This document shows, one piece after another, positions 46,766 through 60,089 of a stretch of DNA of 64,000 bases. A program made the position numbers and the translations under genes. How positions within the stretch are numbered: the stretch's first letter is position 1; each line of letters opens with the position of its first letter. Source of the stretch: Eledone cirrhosa (lineage: Eukaryota); NCBI GenBank assembly GCA_964016885.1, contig OZ024741.1, forward strand, positions 12,896,001-12,960,000, written 5' to 3'. Under the pieces are notes generated by a model. That model did no database searches, had not been told where the DNA came from, and was given only the letters and a program-made list of their open reading frames with translations.

Positions 46766-49653
46766 TGGTATAGTACTATGGGAACACGTGGGAACGGCGT
46801 TCCCTTACTATGCAGTGGACGGTGATTTCTGTTCCCTCACTATTTCACATAAATCTAAAATTAAGATTGTCTAATATCATAGAATGAATTCTTTTTTCCT
46901 TTTTGTCATTTTTTTTTCTAGTAAAAGAAATATAAGAACGCCTCATTATCTGTTTCACCTTTTTTCTTCTTCCACTTACCTGCTGAGGTAATTCTAGTGT
47001 AGAAAGTAAATCTGTTCTCTTTTGTTCGTAAATAAACTAAAGAGAACAGATTTAATAAATAGCAGAAATATATTGACTTTTCCCGAAATCTAAAAGATTA
47101 TTATTGTAGCGTTGTCAGGATGACCTTATCACATGGGAACATTGAGCCTGGAGGTAAGGATAATGTGATTAGACTTCACAGGCCTTCCCAAATCAGAGAG
47201 ATCGATACCGTTAATGTTCTGCTAAAACTAACAAATCCATTCCTTTTGGAAAGACATGAAGAGAGAGAGACGTTCTTGGAAGGAAAGATTTGACGCAATG
47301 GTTAGTACTGGGCCTTGGTTGGATAGAACATGGACCATAAGAGGAAAGACTGAGTTGGGGATTCCTGCGTAGAAATTACATGAGAGCAGTAAGCCTTGGG
47401 GATCAAAGGCCATTGTAGTAGTAACATGAGGGACAGAAGGAGGAAACAATCTCTGAGAGTGTGTGACAGCTCACACCTATGCAGGTTTAGCTGACCTCCT
47501 CCAAAGTATATCTCGTTGGAGGTATCTTGGGTAATTTAATGATAGAAACCCCAGTCCTATCATCTCATTTCTACAGCTGATTAAACTGGAGCAACGTGAA
47601 ATAAAGTGTCTTGATCATCAGCTGGTCTGAGAATTGAACTCACAACCTTTCGATTGCAAGCCCAATGCCCTAACCACTAATCTTCTCTGAGGACTGAGTA
47701 ACATTTTCAAAACTATATAGCTTCATTACATATAAGATTACTATTAATCTGGTTTTCTAAATGGTGACATCTAAAGCATTAACTGAAGTTAGTTTGTCGC
47801 TCCAAAGACTTTAAAGTCGAAAGTACTGCTTGGGTGATATCTGTCCTTAGAGTGTATAATTTATACCAAATTGTATTTTTAGTCATTGTTGATTAATCGT
47901 CCATAGGCCAACATCGATAGTAATTTCGAACGACCCCTCGCTTATATGAAAGGAACTAACTGATCCAGATGGCTTAACAGAGGTGGGGTCTTTATATTAA
48001 AAAAACAGTCTTTGGTGCATTATAACATCTATATCATTATCAAAGTACCAGTAATGCACTGGGTAATTGCTGGCCTTGTGCCTAAAGTAGAAACAATTAT
48101 CAAATATAGAGTTAGGTTGGTGGATTGGCAAAACTGTTAGAGCATTGAAATAATGTTTAGCAATTTCTGTTTCGATCTTCAGTTTCTGAGTTCAAATCCC
48201 ACCGAGATTAAATCTACCTTTCATCCTTCCGGGGTCGATAAAATAAAGTACCAGTCAAATACTGGGGTAGATATATTTGACTCCTTCACCTACAAAAATT
48301 GTTTTCTTTGTACCAAAATTAGAAACCATTATCAAATATTTGGTGTAATAGATTTTAACAAATGATTGTGATTTACGTGATAATACGTTTGAGATCAACC
48401 AATAAGATTCTATTGCGGAAGCGACAAATCAACCAATGAAAGTTAAGGTTGAAGAGAGTCAACGAACGTCTAGGAAAGGTGTTTATCACAATCAAAGATC
48501 ATAAAGATAGGTTTGTTTCTAATATAAGTTGATAAACCCGGCGAAATCTGAGATCGGATTAGTTAACAATACGATTGTGAGAACGGTAACTGTTACCATT
48601 AAGATATCTTCTCAACTCAGACAGTGAAATATTAATAATCTAGAGAATAAAACTCAACCTTTCAGTTGTATCTCGGTGCTTCGCTATTTCTTCTGTTCAA
48701 CACTTAGTTTGATACGTGTGCGTGTGTGTATGCGTGTGTGTGTATGTGCGTGTGTGTCTATTCATGTATGTATGTTTCTTTTTCTCTTAATTTCGAGTAC
48801 ATTTTTGACCGGCCACCTTCCTGGAGGCAAGGTTGTAAAAGAAAAGAAATTGTCATCCCTTGAATCGCAAGAATGTTTTTACAAATATATATATATATAT
48901 ATATGCATGTATGTATGTATGCATGTATGCATGTATGCATGTACCTATGTAATGTATATATGTCTTCATGTATGTCTTCATGTATGTATGCGTGTATGAA
49001 TGCATGTATATATCCATGTATGTATGTATGTATGTATGTATGTATGTATGTATGTATGTATGTATGTATCCCAGTACAACCTGTCTCATGGTCGGGTCGT
49101 TGGCGACTAAACTGGCAACCCCACCAAGGTTTCTTGGTGAGGAGGGTGACTTTGGACATCCTGCAGGACTAAAAACAAAACCTGTCAAAGGACAAAGGAC
49201 CTCTTAAGAGTCAATGGCCATCCAAAATCACCGGGAGAGATGACCCCTTAGCCTTTGTAAAGGCAGAATTCTAGGAGAAGGAAAACTCTGATATAACACC
49301 TGCAACCCTGATGGTATCCAATGATGTTGGCTTGTTCTTCTTTTTGGTAAATATCATCTTGGTTAAGAGAGTGGGACTGGCTTTGTGCAGTGCCCTTCCT
49401 CACTATAAAAGCTTCACGGCACAGGCATTGCTTTATATCTGGAGATCTCTCTGCACTTGTCGTCACATGGTGCCATGGGCCCAGCACTATGTGTCAATGA
49501 TTGTCACAGGTGTAGTGTTTGTACCAGAGTTTTCAAGTCGCTGGCTGGACTAAAAAGTCACAAGCGTATCGGTAGGGGTTCTCCTACTTGGATATAAAGT
49601 CATGGCCGTACTCGAAAACGAGTTGGCAGCCACCATGTATGTATGTATATCTA

Positions 49654-49713
<60 letters not shown>

Positions 49714-50831
49714 TATAGAGAAAAATACTGCAGGTAGCACATGGTAACATGTAATAAAATACGTCCCTCATCAGTGATTTGCCGAAGATCATAGATATTT
49801 CATTGCATTAAAAATCATATATCTCACTTCGGTGCAATAATAACCAAAATAAGTTATTAGGACAATTAAAACGCGTAAAGCGAGTGAGACAGGAGAACAA
49901 CAGAAAAGATAGCATACCGTGGGAGAGAAACAAGCTTCAAAAATTATTCTGTTAGCGTAAGCTAGGTGAATATATGAGCGCTAGGGAAAGAATAGTCCAG
50001 CACGAACGAAGGCCATTGAGCAGAGAGAGAAAAAATAGCGTCCGTGAGTGCAGGATGAAATGAAGAGAAGAGGGAGAAAAACAGTGAGTGAGTGAAAGTG
50101 TGAGGAAGAGTTAACGGACAAGACAGAGGGGGAGAAACAGAGAGAATGGGGGAAGAGTAAGAGAGAGAGAAAAAAACACAGAATCGCAGTGGTAAATATA
50201 TGTATTAAAATATAGAGAAAAATACTGCAGGTAGCACATGGTAACATGTAATAAAATACGTCCCTCATCAGTGATTTGCCGAAGATCATAGATATTTCAT
50301 TGCATTAAAAATCATATATCTCACTTCGGTGCAATAATAACCAAAATAAGTTATTAGGACAATTAAAACGCGTAAAGCGAGTGAGACAGGAGAACAACAG
50401 AAAAGATAGCATACCGTGGGAGAGAAACAAGCTTCAAAAATTATTCTGTTAGCGTAAGCTAGGTGAATATATGAGCGCTAGGGAAAGAATAGTCCAGCAC
50501 GAACGAAGGCCATTGAGCAGAGAGAGAAAAAATAGCGTATACATACATACATACATACATGGATATATGGTGGCTGCCAACTCGTTTTCGAGTACGGCCA
50601 CTACTTTATATCCATGTAGGAGAACCCCTACCGATGCGTTGAACGAGTGTGACTTTTTAGTCCAGTTAGCGACTTGAAAACTCTGGTACAAACACTACAC
50701 TTGTGACAATTATTGACACATAGTGCTGGGCCCATGGTACCACGTGATGACAAGTGCAGAGGGATCTCCAGATATAAAGCAATGCCTGTGCCGTGAAGCT
50801 TTTATAGTGAGCAAAGGCACTGCACGAAGCC

Positions 50832-50943
<112 letters not shown>

Positions 50944-51524
50944 TGTGTGTGGGGGGGGGGGGTCTTTATGATTTTCATGCTGCGTATATATTTTGAAAAG
51001 TCTTCAAACTTCGTAGATAGAAAATATACACAACGCAGTTTAAATCCCAAAGATCTTAGAATAATTGAGGAACTGTTTGGAAAAAAACCAGTGGAGGAAA
51101 TTATAATTTTAACATCTGAGGCAAACATGATTTTGAATATTTTCCAAATAGTTAAGTTAATCTTTAGAAGAACAGTTAATATAGAACTCTAAAGACAATA
51201 GTGATGAAGGCAGAGGAGAATAAGAGGAGTAAAACTGGTTTTAAGAATACGTGAAAGAATATCTTGTTTTCTGACGTCAGAATAGCAAAGAAATTACATG
51301 GAAAAAGTGATAGAGTGGAATTAGTAATACTTACATAAGTCTGGAGTAAAATAACACACACACAGACATACACACACATAGACACAATAAAACATACATA
51401 GACACACTAAAACATACATAGACGCAGTAAAACATATGTGCACACACACACACACATACGCATGGAAACAGAGCAATGTAATGTATGTTATGTTAATGTT
51501 TTAGGGGTGCCGTAGGAATATATG

Positions 51525-52337
51525 GCGGTTCTTGGGCATTTTAAATCTGGCGGGTCTCATCCCTCTGAAGGCCTGAATAGGGCCAATTTACGGCGTTTCT
51601 TGGGTGTTTTAAACCTGGCGGGTTTCATCCCTCTGAAGGCCTGAATAGGGCCAATTTACGGCGTTTCTTGGGTGTTTTAAACCTGGCGGGTTTCATCCCT
51701 CTGAAGGCCTGAATAGGGCCAATTTACGGCGTTTCTTGGGTGTTTTAAACCTGGCGGGTTTCATCCCTCTGAAGGCCTGAATAGGGCCAATTTACGGCGT
51801 TTCTTGGGTGTTTTAAACCTGGCGGGTTTCATCCCTCTGAAGGCCTGAATAGGGCCAATTTACGGCGTTTCTTGGGTGTTTTAAACCTGGCGGGTTTCAT
51901 CCCTCTGAAGGCCTGAATAGGGCCAATTTACGGCGTTTCTTGGGTGTTTTAAACCTGGCGGGTTTCATCCCTCTGAAGGCCTGAATAGGGCCAATTTACG
52001 GCGTTTCTTGGGTGTTTTAAACCTGGCGGGTTTCATCCCTCTGAAGGCCTGAATAGGGCCAATTTACGGCGTTTCTTGGGTGTTTTAAACCTGGCGGGTT
52101 TCATCCCTCTGAAGGCCTGAATAGGGCCAATTTACGGCGTTTCTTGGGTGTTTTAAACCTGGCGGGTTTCATCCCTCTGAAGGCCTCAATAGGGCCAATT
52201 TACGGCGTTTCTTGGGTGTTTTAAACCTGGCGGGTTTCATCCCTCTGAAGGCCTGAATAGGGCCAATTTACGGCGTTTCTTGGGTGTTTTAAACCTGGCG
52301 GGTTTCATCCCCCTGAAGGCCTGAATAGGGCCAATTT
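51525..52337. repeat. 68-bp minisatellite, ~12 near-identical copies
   Basis: Unit GGCGTTTCTTGGGTGTTTTAAACCTGGCGGGTTTCATCCCTCTGAAGGCCTGAATAGGGCCAATTTAC. Confidence 0.95.
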
Positions 52338-52619
52338 CCTCCATAGAAAGTCGAAGAGAACGTGAGAACGGAAGATAAAGAAAATGTCGACATCAGTAAT
52401 GACTGGTACTTTATTTATCGAGCAAGGAAGGCTGAAAAGCACAGCTGACCTCGGCGGGATTTAAACGCAAACCATAGAGAGCTGGAAGGAATATCACAAT
52501 GCATTCTATCTGTTCTAACGAATCTGTATATTCGCCATCTTAGTGTGAGATGTACACAACACAAATATGAGGTAAACATAGGAACGAGGGAAGGGATAGA
52601 AGTAGTTATACACTATATG

Positions 52620-52699
<80 letters not shown>

Positions 52700-53046
52700 C
52701 CTCTCTTAACTTTTAATTACACGGATAATTCAAGTGAATCGAAGATCTTGAATTCATTATATTACAATGGAGAGCGGTGGATTGGCAGTATCGGTAGAGG
52801 GTCGGACGCCATGCTTTCCAGCATAGTTACGTCCCTTTACGATCTGAGTTCAAATCCGGCCGAGGTTATCTTTGCCTTTCATCCTTATGGGGTCGATAAA
52901 ATAAAGTACCAGTAATGCACTGGGTAATTGCTGGCCTTGTGCCAAAAGTAGAAACAATTATATTACAATTGTAATTTAGCATAATAAATGCTCCTTTTGG
53001 GTTGTTTATACCTCAGCGCCATTGTATACACACCTAAGGCCTAAAC

Positions 53047-53147
53047 CAGGAATGGGCAACCTTTTTCGGGCTGTGGGTCACCTAGGATGTGGCTCATCAT
53101 AAGGTGGCCACACGACTAAAGGATGGGCAGCAGATTGCCCATGACTG
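53047..53147 (+). mobile_element. Related hAT MITE with an unamplified 29-bp unit
   Basis: CAGGAATGGGCAA ... TTGCCCATGACTG. TSD GCCTAAAC/GCCTAAGC (7 of 8). Contains GTGGGTCACCTAGGATGTGGCTCATCATAAGGTGG once. Confidence 0.8.
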
Positions 53148-53325
53148 GCCTAAGCTAAAAATTTGCCCACATACTTTTATGGTCATGTGATGCAAAATGT
53201 TTTTCACGTGACCAATACATGGGGTAAAAAATAAACAAGTGAAAACAGACATTGTAATTACTGCCAAATATATTCTGGGGAGAAATATCTTAGTCTTTCC
53301 ACTGGTCTGATTATATTTGGTGATA

Positions 53326-56300
53326 TGGTGGTGGTGTAGTGGAGGTGTAGTGGTGGTGGTGTAGTGGTGGTGGTGTAGTGGTGGTGGTGTAGTGGAGGTG
53401 TAGTGGTGGTGGTGTAGTGGTGTAGTGGAGGTGTAGTGGTGGTAGTGGTGTGGTGGAGGTGTAGTGGTGTAGTGGTGGTGTAGTGGTGGTGGTGTAGTGG
53501 TGTAGTGGAGGTGTAGCAGTGGTAGTGGTGTGGTGGTGGAGGTGTAGTGGTGGTGGTGTAATGGAGGTGTAGTGGTGGTGGTGTAGTGGTGTAGTGGAGG
53601 TGTAGTGGTGGTAGTGGTGTGGTGGTGGAGGTGTAGTGGTGGTGGTGTAGTGGTGGTGTAGTGGTGGTGGTGTAGTGGTGCAGTGGAGGTGTAGTGGTGG
53701 TAGTGGTGTGGTGGTGGAGGTGTAGTGGTGGTGGTGTAGTGGAGGTGTAGTGGTGGTGGTGTAGTGGAGGTGTAGTGGTGGTGGTGTAGTGGAGGTGTAG
53801 TGGTGGTGGTGTAGTGGTGTAGTGGAGGTGTAGTGGTGGTAGTGGTGTGGTGGAGGTGTAGTGGTGTAGTGGAGGTGTAGTGGTGGTGGTGTAGTGGAGG
53901 TGTAGTGGTGGTGGTGTAGTGGTGGTGGAGGTGTAGTGGTGGTGGTGGTGGTGTAGTGGAGGTGTAGTGGTGGTGTAGTGGTGTAGTGGAGGTGTAGTGG
54001 TGGTGGTGGTGTGGTGGTGGAGGTGTAGTGGTGTAGTGGAGGTGTAGTGGTGGTGGTGTAGTGGAGGTGTAGTGGTGGTGGTGTGGTGGTGGTGTAGTGG
54101 TGCTGGTGGTGGTGTAGTGGTGGTGGTGTAGTGGAGGTGTAGTGGTGGTAGTGGTGTGGTGGTGGTGTAGTGGTGCTGGTGTAGTGGTGGTGTAGTGGTG
54201 CTGGTGGTGGTGTAGTGGAGGTGTAGTGGTGGTGGTGTGGTGGTGGTGTAGTGGTGCTGGTGGTGGTGTAGTGGAGGTGTAGTGGTGGTAGTGGTGTGGT
54301 GGTGGAGGTGTAGTGGTGGTGGTGTAGTGGTGGTGTAGTGGTGGTGGTGTAGTGGAGGTGTAGTGGTGCTGGTGGCGGTGTAGTGGTGGTGGAGGTGTAG
54401 TGGTGGTGGTGTAGTGGTGGTGTAGTGGTGGTGGTGTAGTGGTGTAGTGGAGGTGTAGTGGTGGTAGTGGTGTGGTGGTGGAGGTGTAGTGGTGGTGGTG
54501 TAGTGGAGGTGTAGTGGTGGTGGTGTAGTGGAGGTGTAGTGGTGCTGGTGGCGGTGTAGTGGTGGTGGAGGTGTAGTGGTGGTGGTGTAGTGGAGGTGTA
54601 GTGGTGGTGGTGTAGTGGTGTAGTGGAGGTGTAGTGGTGGTAGTGGTGTGGTGGAGGTGTAGTGGTGTAGTGGTGGTGTAGTGGTGGTGGTGTAGTGGTG
54701 TAGTGGAGGTGTAGCAGTGGTAGTGGTGTGGTGGTGGAGGTGTAGTGGTGGTGGTGTAATGGAGGTGTAGTGGTGGTGGTGTAGTGGTGTAGTGGAGGTG
54801 TAGTGGTGGTAGTGGTGTGGTGGTGGAGGTGTAGTGGGGTGGTGTAGTGGTGCAGTGGAGGTGTAGTGGTGGTAGTGGTGTGGTGGTGGAGGTGTAGTGG
54901 TGGTGGTGTAGTGGAGGTGTAGTGGTGGTGGTGTAGTGCAGGTGTAGTGGTGGTGGTGTAGTGGAGGTGTAGTGGTGGTGGTGTAGTGGTGGTGGAGGTG
55001 TAGTGGTGGTGGTGGAGGTGTAGTGGAGGTGTAGTGGTGGTGTAGTGGTGTAGTGGAGGTGTAGTGGTGGTAGTGGTGTGGTGGTGGAGGTGTAGTGGTG
55101 TAGTGGAGGTGTAGTGGTGGTGGTGTAGTGGAGGTGTAGTGGTGGTGGTGTGGTGGTGGTGTAGTGGTGCTGGTGGTGGTGTAGTGGTGGTGGTGTAGTG
55201 GAGGTGTAGTGGTGGTAGTGGTGTGGTGGTGGTGTAGTGGTGCTGGTGTAGTGGTGGTGTAGTGGTGCTGGTGGTGGTGTAGTGGAGGTGTAGTGGTGGT
55301 GGTGTGGTGGTGGTGTAGTGGTGCTGGTGGTGGTGTAGTGGAGGTGTAGTGGTGGTAGTGGTGTGGTGGTGGAGGTGTAGTGGTGGTGGTGTGGTGGTGG
55401 TGTAGTGGTGGTGGTGGTGGTGTAGTGGAGGTGTAGTGCTGGTGCTGTAGTGGAGGTGTAGTGATGGTGGTGTGGTGGTGGTGTAGTGGTGGTGGTGTAG
55501 TGGAGGTGTAGTGGTGGTGGTGTAGTGGTGTAGTGGAGCTGTAGTGGTGGTAGTGGTGTGGTGGAGGTGTAGTGGTGTAGTGGAGGTGTAGTGGTGGTGG
55601 TGTAGTGGAGGTGTAGTGGTGGTGGTGTAGTGGTGGTGGAGGTGTAGTGGTGGTGGTGGTGGTGGTGTAGTGGAGGTGTAGTGGTGGTGTAGTGGTGTAG
55701 TGGAGGTGTAGTGGTGGTAGTGGTGTGGTGGTGGAGGTGTAGTGGTGTAGTGGAGGTGTAGTGGTGGTGGTGTAGTGGAGGTGTAGTGGTGGTGGTGTGG
55801 TGGTGGTGTAGTGGTGCTGGTGGTGGTGTAGTGGTGGTGGTGTAGTGGAGGTGTAGTGGTGGTAGTGGTGTGGTGGTGGTGTAGTGGTGCTGGTGTAGTG
55901 GTGGTGTAGTGGTGCTGGTGGTGGTGTAGTGGAGGTGTAGTGGTGGTGGTGTGGTGGTGGTGTAGTGGTGCTGGTGGTGGTGTAGTGGAGGTGTAGTGGT
56001 GGTAGTGGTGTGGTGGTGGAGGTGTAGTGGTGGTGGTGTGGTGGTGGTGTAGTGGTGGTGGTGGTGGTGTAGTGGAGGTGTAGTGCTGGTGCTGTAGTGG
56101 AGGTGTAGTGATGGTGGTGTGGTGGTGGTGTAGTGGTGGTGGTGGTGGTGTAGTGGAGGTGTAGTGCTGGTGCTGTAGTGGAGGTGTAGTGATGGTGGTG
56201 TGGTGGTGGTGTAGTGGTGCTGGTGTTGGTGGAGTGGAGGTGTAGTGGTGTTGGTGGAGTGGAGGTGTAGTGGTGGTGGTGTAGTGGAGGTGTAGTGCTG

Positions 56301-56500
56301 GTGCTGTAGTGGAAGTGTAGTGGTGGTGGTAGTGTAGTGGAGGTGTAGTGGTGGTGGTGTAGTGGAGATGTAGTGGTGGTGGTGTAGTGGAGGTGTAGTG
56401 GTGGTGGTGTAGTGGAGGTGTAGTGGTGGTGGTGTAGTGGAGGTGTAGTGGTGCTGGTGGCGGTGTAGTGGTAGTGGTGGTGATATGGTGGTGGTGTAGT
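53326..56500. repeat. ~3.2-kb GGTGTAGT/GGT compound satellite with higher-order blocks
   Basis: Seen directly. Confidence 0.95.
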
Positions 56501-57127
56501 ATATATGCACCCATACACACAAACAAACACACACACATATATATATACACACACACTCACACACAGGCACACACACAGGCCCACACACATACAGACATAC
56601 ACAGACACATACACACACACAAACTAACAAACATACACACACACACAGGCCCACACACACACAGACACACAGGCCCACACATACACAGGCCCACACACAT
56701 ACAGACATACACAGACACACACACAGACACACACAGGCCCACACACACAGACACACACAGGCCCACACACACAGACATACACAGGCCCACACACACAGAC
56801 ACACACACACACACAGGCCCACACACACAGCCACACACAAGTCATATCTATGTATTCCCCGTTACAGAGATGTTGGATATCGTGAAATTAGAAACACCGC
56901 TTCTTTCTTTCTACTCTCACCCCGCCTCAATTATTGTATATATATATATACATACTATCAACTATCTATGTATGTATATATATGTGTGTGTGTGTGTGTG
57001 TGTGGTAGGATGTATGTATATATGTAGTTGTGTGTCTGTGTGTGTGTATGTGTGTGTGTGAGTGTGTGTGTGTATGTGTATATATGCATGTATGTATATA
57101 TGTAAGAGTGCCTGTATATTTGAATTT

Positions 57128-57622
57128 GTGTGTGTGGTAGGATGTATGTATATATGTATGTGTGTGTGGTAGGATGTATGTATATATGTATGTGTGTGTG
57201 TGGTAGGATGTATGTATATATGTATGTGTGTGTGGTAGGATGTATGTATATATGTATGTGTGTGTGGTAGGATGTATGTATATATGTATGTGTGTGTGGT
57301 AGGATGTATGTATATATGTATGTGTGTGTGGTAGGATGTATGTATATATGTATGTGTGTGTGTGGTAGGATGTATGTATATATGTATGTGTGTGTGGTAG
57401 GATGTATGTATATATGTATGTGTGTGTGGTAGGATGTATGTATATATGTATGTGTGTGTGTGGTAGGATGTATGTATATATGTATGTGTGTGTGTGGTAG
57501 GATGTATGTATATATGTATGTGTGTGTGTGGTAGGATGTATGTATATATGTATGTGTGTGTGTGGTAGGATGTATGTATATATGTATGTGTGTGTGTGGT
57601 AGGATGTATGTATATATGTATG
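57128..57622. repeat. ~32-36-bp minisatellite
   Basis: GTGTGTGGTAGGATGTATGTATATATGTAT units. Confidence 0.9.
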
Positions 57623-58573
57623 ATATATATATGTATATGTCTGTATGTATGTATTTATTTATGCATGTTTATATATATATTAATCGTCTGCCATAGACAC
57701 ATGCCTGAGGTCTCTGTGAGGCAACCCCACCCTACTACTTCCCTTGCCAACACCCTTATACAGTCATCTCCCTTCTTGCTACCTCTCCCCTCTACCACCA
57801 CTTCTTCCCCACCTTCTCTCTCACTCTCTCTTTCTAACCCCCCCCCCCCCTCCACCCATATTTAGATAGATTTAGTGAGAGAGGGGGTGGGGAGTCAATG
57901 TAGAGTGAAATAGATAGTTTGAAACACACAAGTATATATGTGTGTGTGTGTGAGTGTGTGTGTGTAAGTGTGTGTGAGTGTGTGTGTGTGTGTATGTATG
58001 TATGTTTGTGTGTGTATCTGTGCATGTGTGTGAGTGTGTGTGTGTATGTGTGTATGTGTGTATGTGTGTGTGAGTGTGTGAGTGTGTGAGTGTGTGTGTG
58101 TGTGAGTGTGTACGTGTCTGTGTGAGTGTGTGTGTGTGTATGTGTATGTGTGTATGTGTGTGTCAGTCTGTGAGTGTGTGTGTCTGTGTGTATGTGTGTA
58201 TGTCAGTGTGTGTCAGTGTGTGTCTGTGTGTGAGTGTGTATGTGAGTGAGTGTGTGTGTGTGTTGGGCATCCACCGTTACCGTCCACGAGTAATCCTGTC
58301 CAACAGAACCGATTGCTGGCGAAACTGACTTGTAAGTGGCTGAGCATTCCATGACAACTTAAACTTTTAATTTAGTTCTCAGGGAGATTCAGCATGGCAT
58401 GTTGTGTAACTAGGTTCGGCCCTAGAATTACACGTCACTTCATTATATTGCAGCAATGTGGAGTAAAGTGTCTTGCTCAAGGACTGAACAAGCCATTCAG
58501 TCTTGGAATCGAAGTCATGGTCTGTCGTATTGATCCCAGGACCGTCAGTTCGATACGCATCTTTTCACATACG

Positions 58574-58656
<83 letters not shown>

Positions 58657-59284
58657 CTGTGTGTGTGTGTGTGTGTGTGTGTGTTAGCTGCTAGGATGAA
58701 TGTATGTGCATTATACATAAACACATTGGTGTATGGGTTCTTATGAATTTTTATATGTGCGTGTGAGTGCAAAGTTGTCTGTGTATTTATGTATGCCTAT
58801 AAACACATAAAATTATATATGTATATATATATATATATATACACACATTCATATACACACACACATAGACACAAACATATATATGTGTAGGTATGTCTGT
58901 GCGCGTGTGTGTATGTATATATTGGCAGTGTACACCTACCCAGTCCCGTTACCTTAGCAACATCTCTCAGTTGGTTCAGTCGTTCCATTTACCATCTTTC
59001 ACTAATCTTCAGATGGTACCATTCTTACCATTCCTACCAGCACCACTGGCACCAGCCAACAAACGCACTACCTTTTCTCTACCTCCCCCTTTCTCTACCT
59101 CTCTGTTGTATCTCACCCTATTTTACTTTTATCAACAGCTGACAGTATGAATGTACCCTCGTATTTTAGTAGTTATGTATTCTACACATATTTAGTGCCT
59201 CCCCACCTTGAGATATTCAATTTACAGCAACACACATTATATATACTATATATATATATATAGATATATACACACACAAACACA

Positions 59285-59347
<63 letters not shown>

Positions 59348-59634
59348 GTATGTATGTGTGTGTGTATGTGTGTGTGTGTGAATTTCCAACCGATAAGGTA
59401 TGATTTTCATGGGCATGTCTCTATTTATAAAACAAACTTTGTATTTTATTTGATGAAAGCGTACCAATGTGTCTTGGTTGCCCTTGAAATATATATAATA
59501 AAATAAATATGGTTTTATAAATATAGTTTCCATTTATTTAATATCATTGAATATTCACTCCAGTTACTGTTGAGTGCTCTGAATCAGTTATAGACATTTA
59601 TGTTTGTCGGACTTCCAACAAATTAAATACAACT

Positions 59635-59741
<107 letters not shown>

Positions 59742-59819
59742 ATATAAACAAATCAGGATAGAACCAGTTTAAAACTAGTTAGACTATTACTTAACAGAGT
59801 ACTTGATACCTGGGGTAAT

Positions 59820-60006
59820 AATTGTTTCTATTTTGGCACAAGGCCAGCAATTTCCGAGTGTATTACTGGTACTTTATTTTATCGACCCGTAAGGATGAAA
59901 GGCAAAGTTAACCTCGGCGGAATTTGAACTCAGAATGGCAAGGGTCGTAACTCTATGCGTCAAAGCATGGTGCCCGACCCTCTACCGATCGGCCAATCCA
60001 CCGCCC
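59820..60006 (-). mobile_element. tRNA-derived SINE family 1 (other copies ~2972-3162, 8378-8520, 15395-15535, 18200-18375, 24390-24554, 26262-26370, 40430-40710, 48040-48335, 52395-52500, 52770-52960)
   Basis: A-box TGGC...GG, B-box GTTCAAAT(T/C)C, and core TTTGCCTTTCATCCTTACGGG(G)TCGATAAAATAAAGTACCAG (resembles the Deu/Nin-type central domain). TSD CCTGGGGTAATAAT flanks this copy. Confidence 0.85.
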
Positions 60007-60089
60007 CTGGGGTAATAATGTATGGTTATATTATAAAAAGTCGGGACTTGACAGCTGAGCTCTTGCCGTTTCATCAGTTAGTTCTGGAC

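Noticed and set aside
51525-52337. CRISPR-like appearance of the 29-, 56- and 68-bp arrays
   Set aside because: Head-to-tail units with no unique spacers, no cas genes, and a eukaryotic context.
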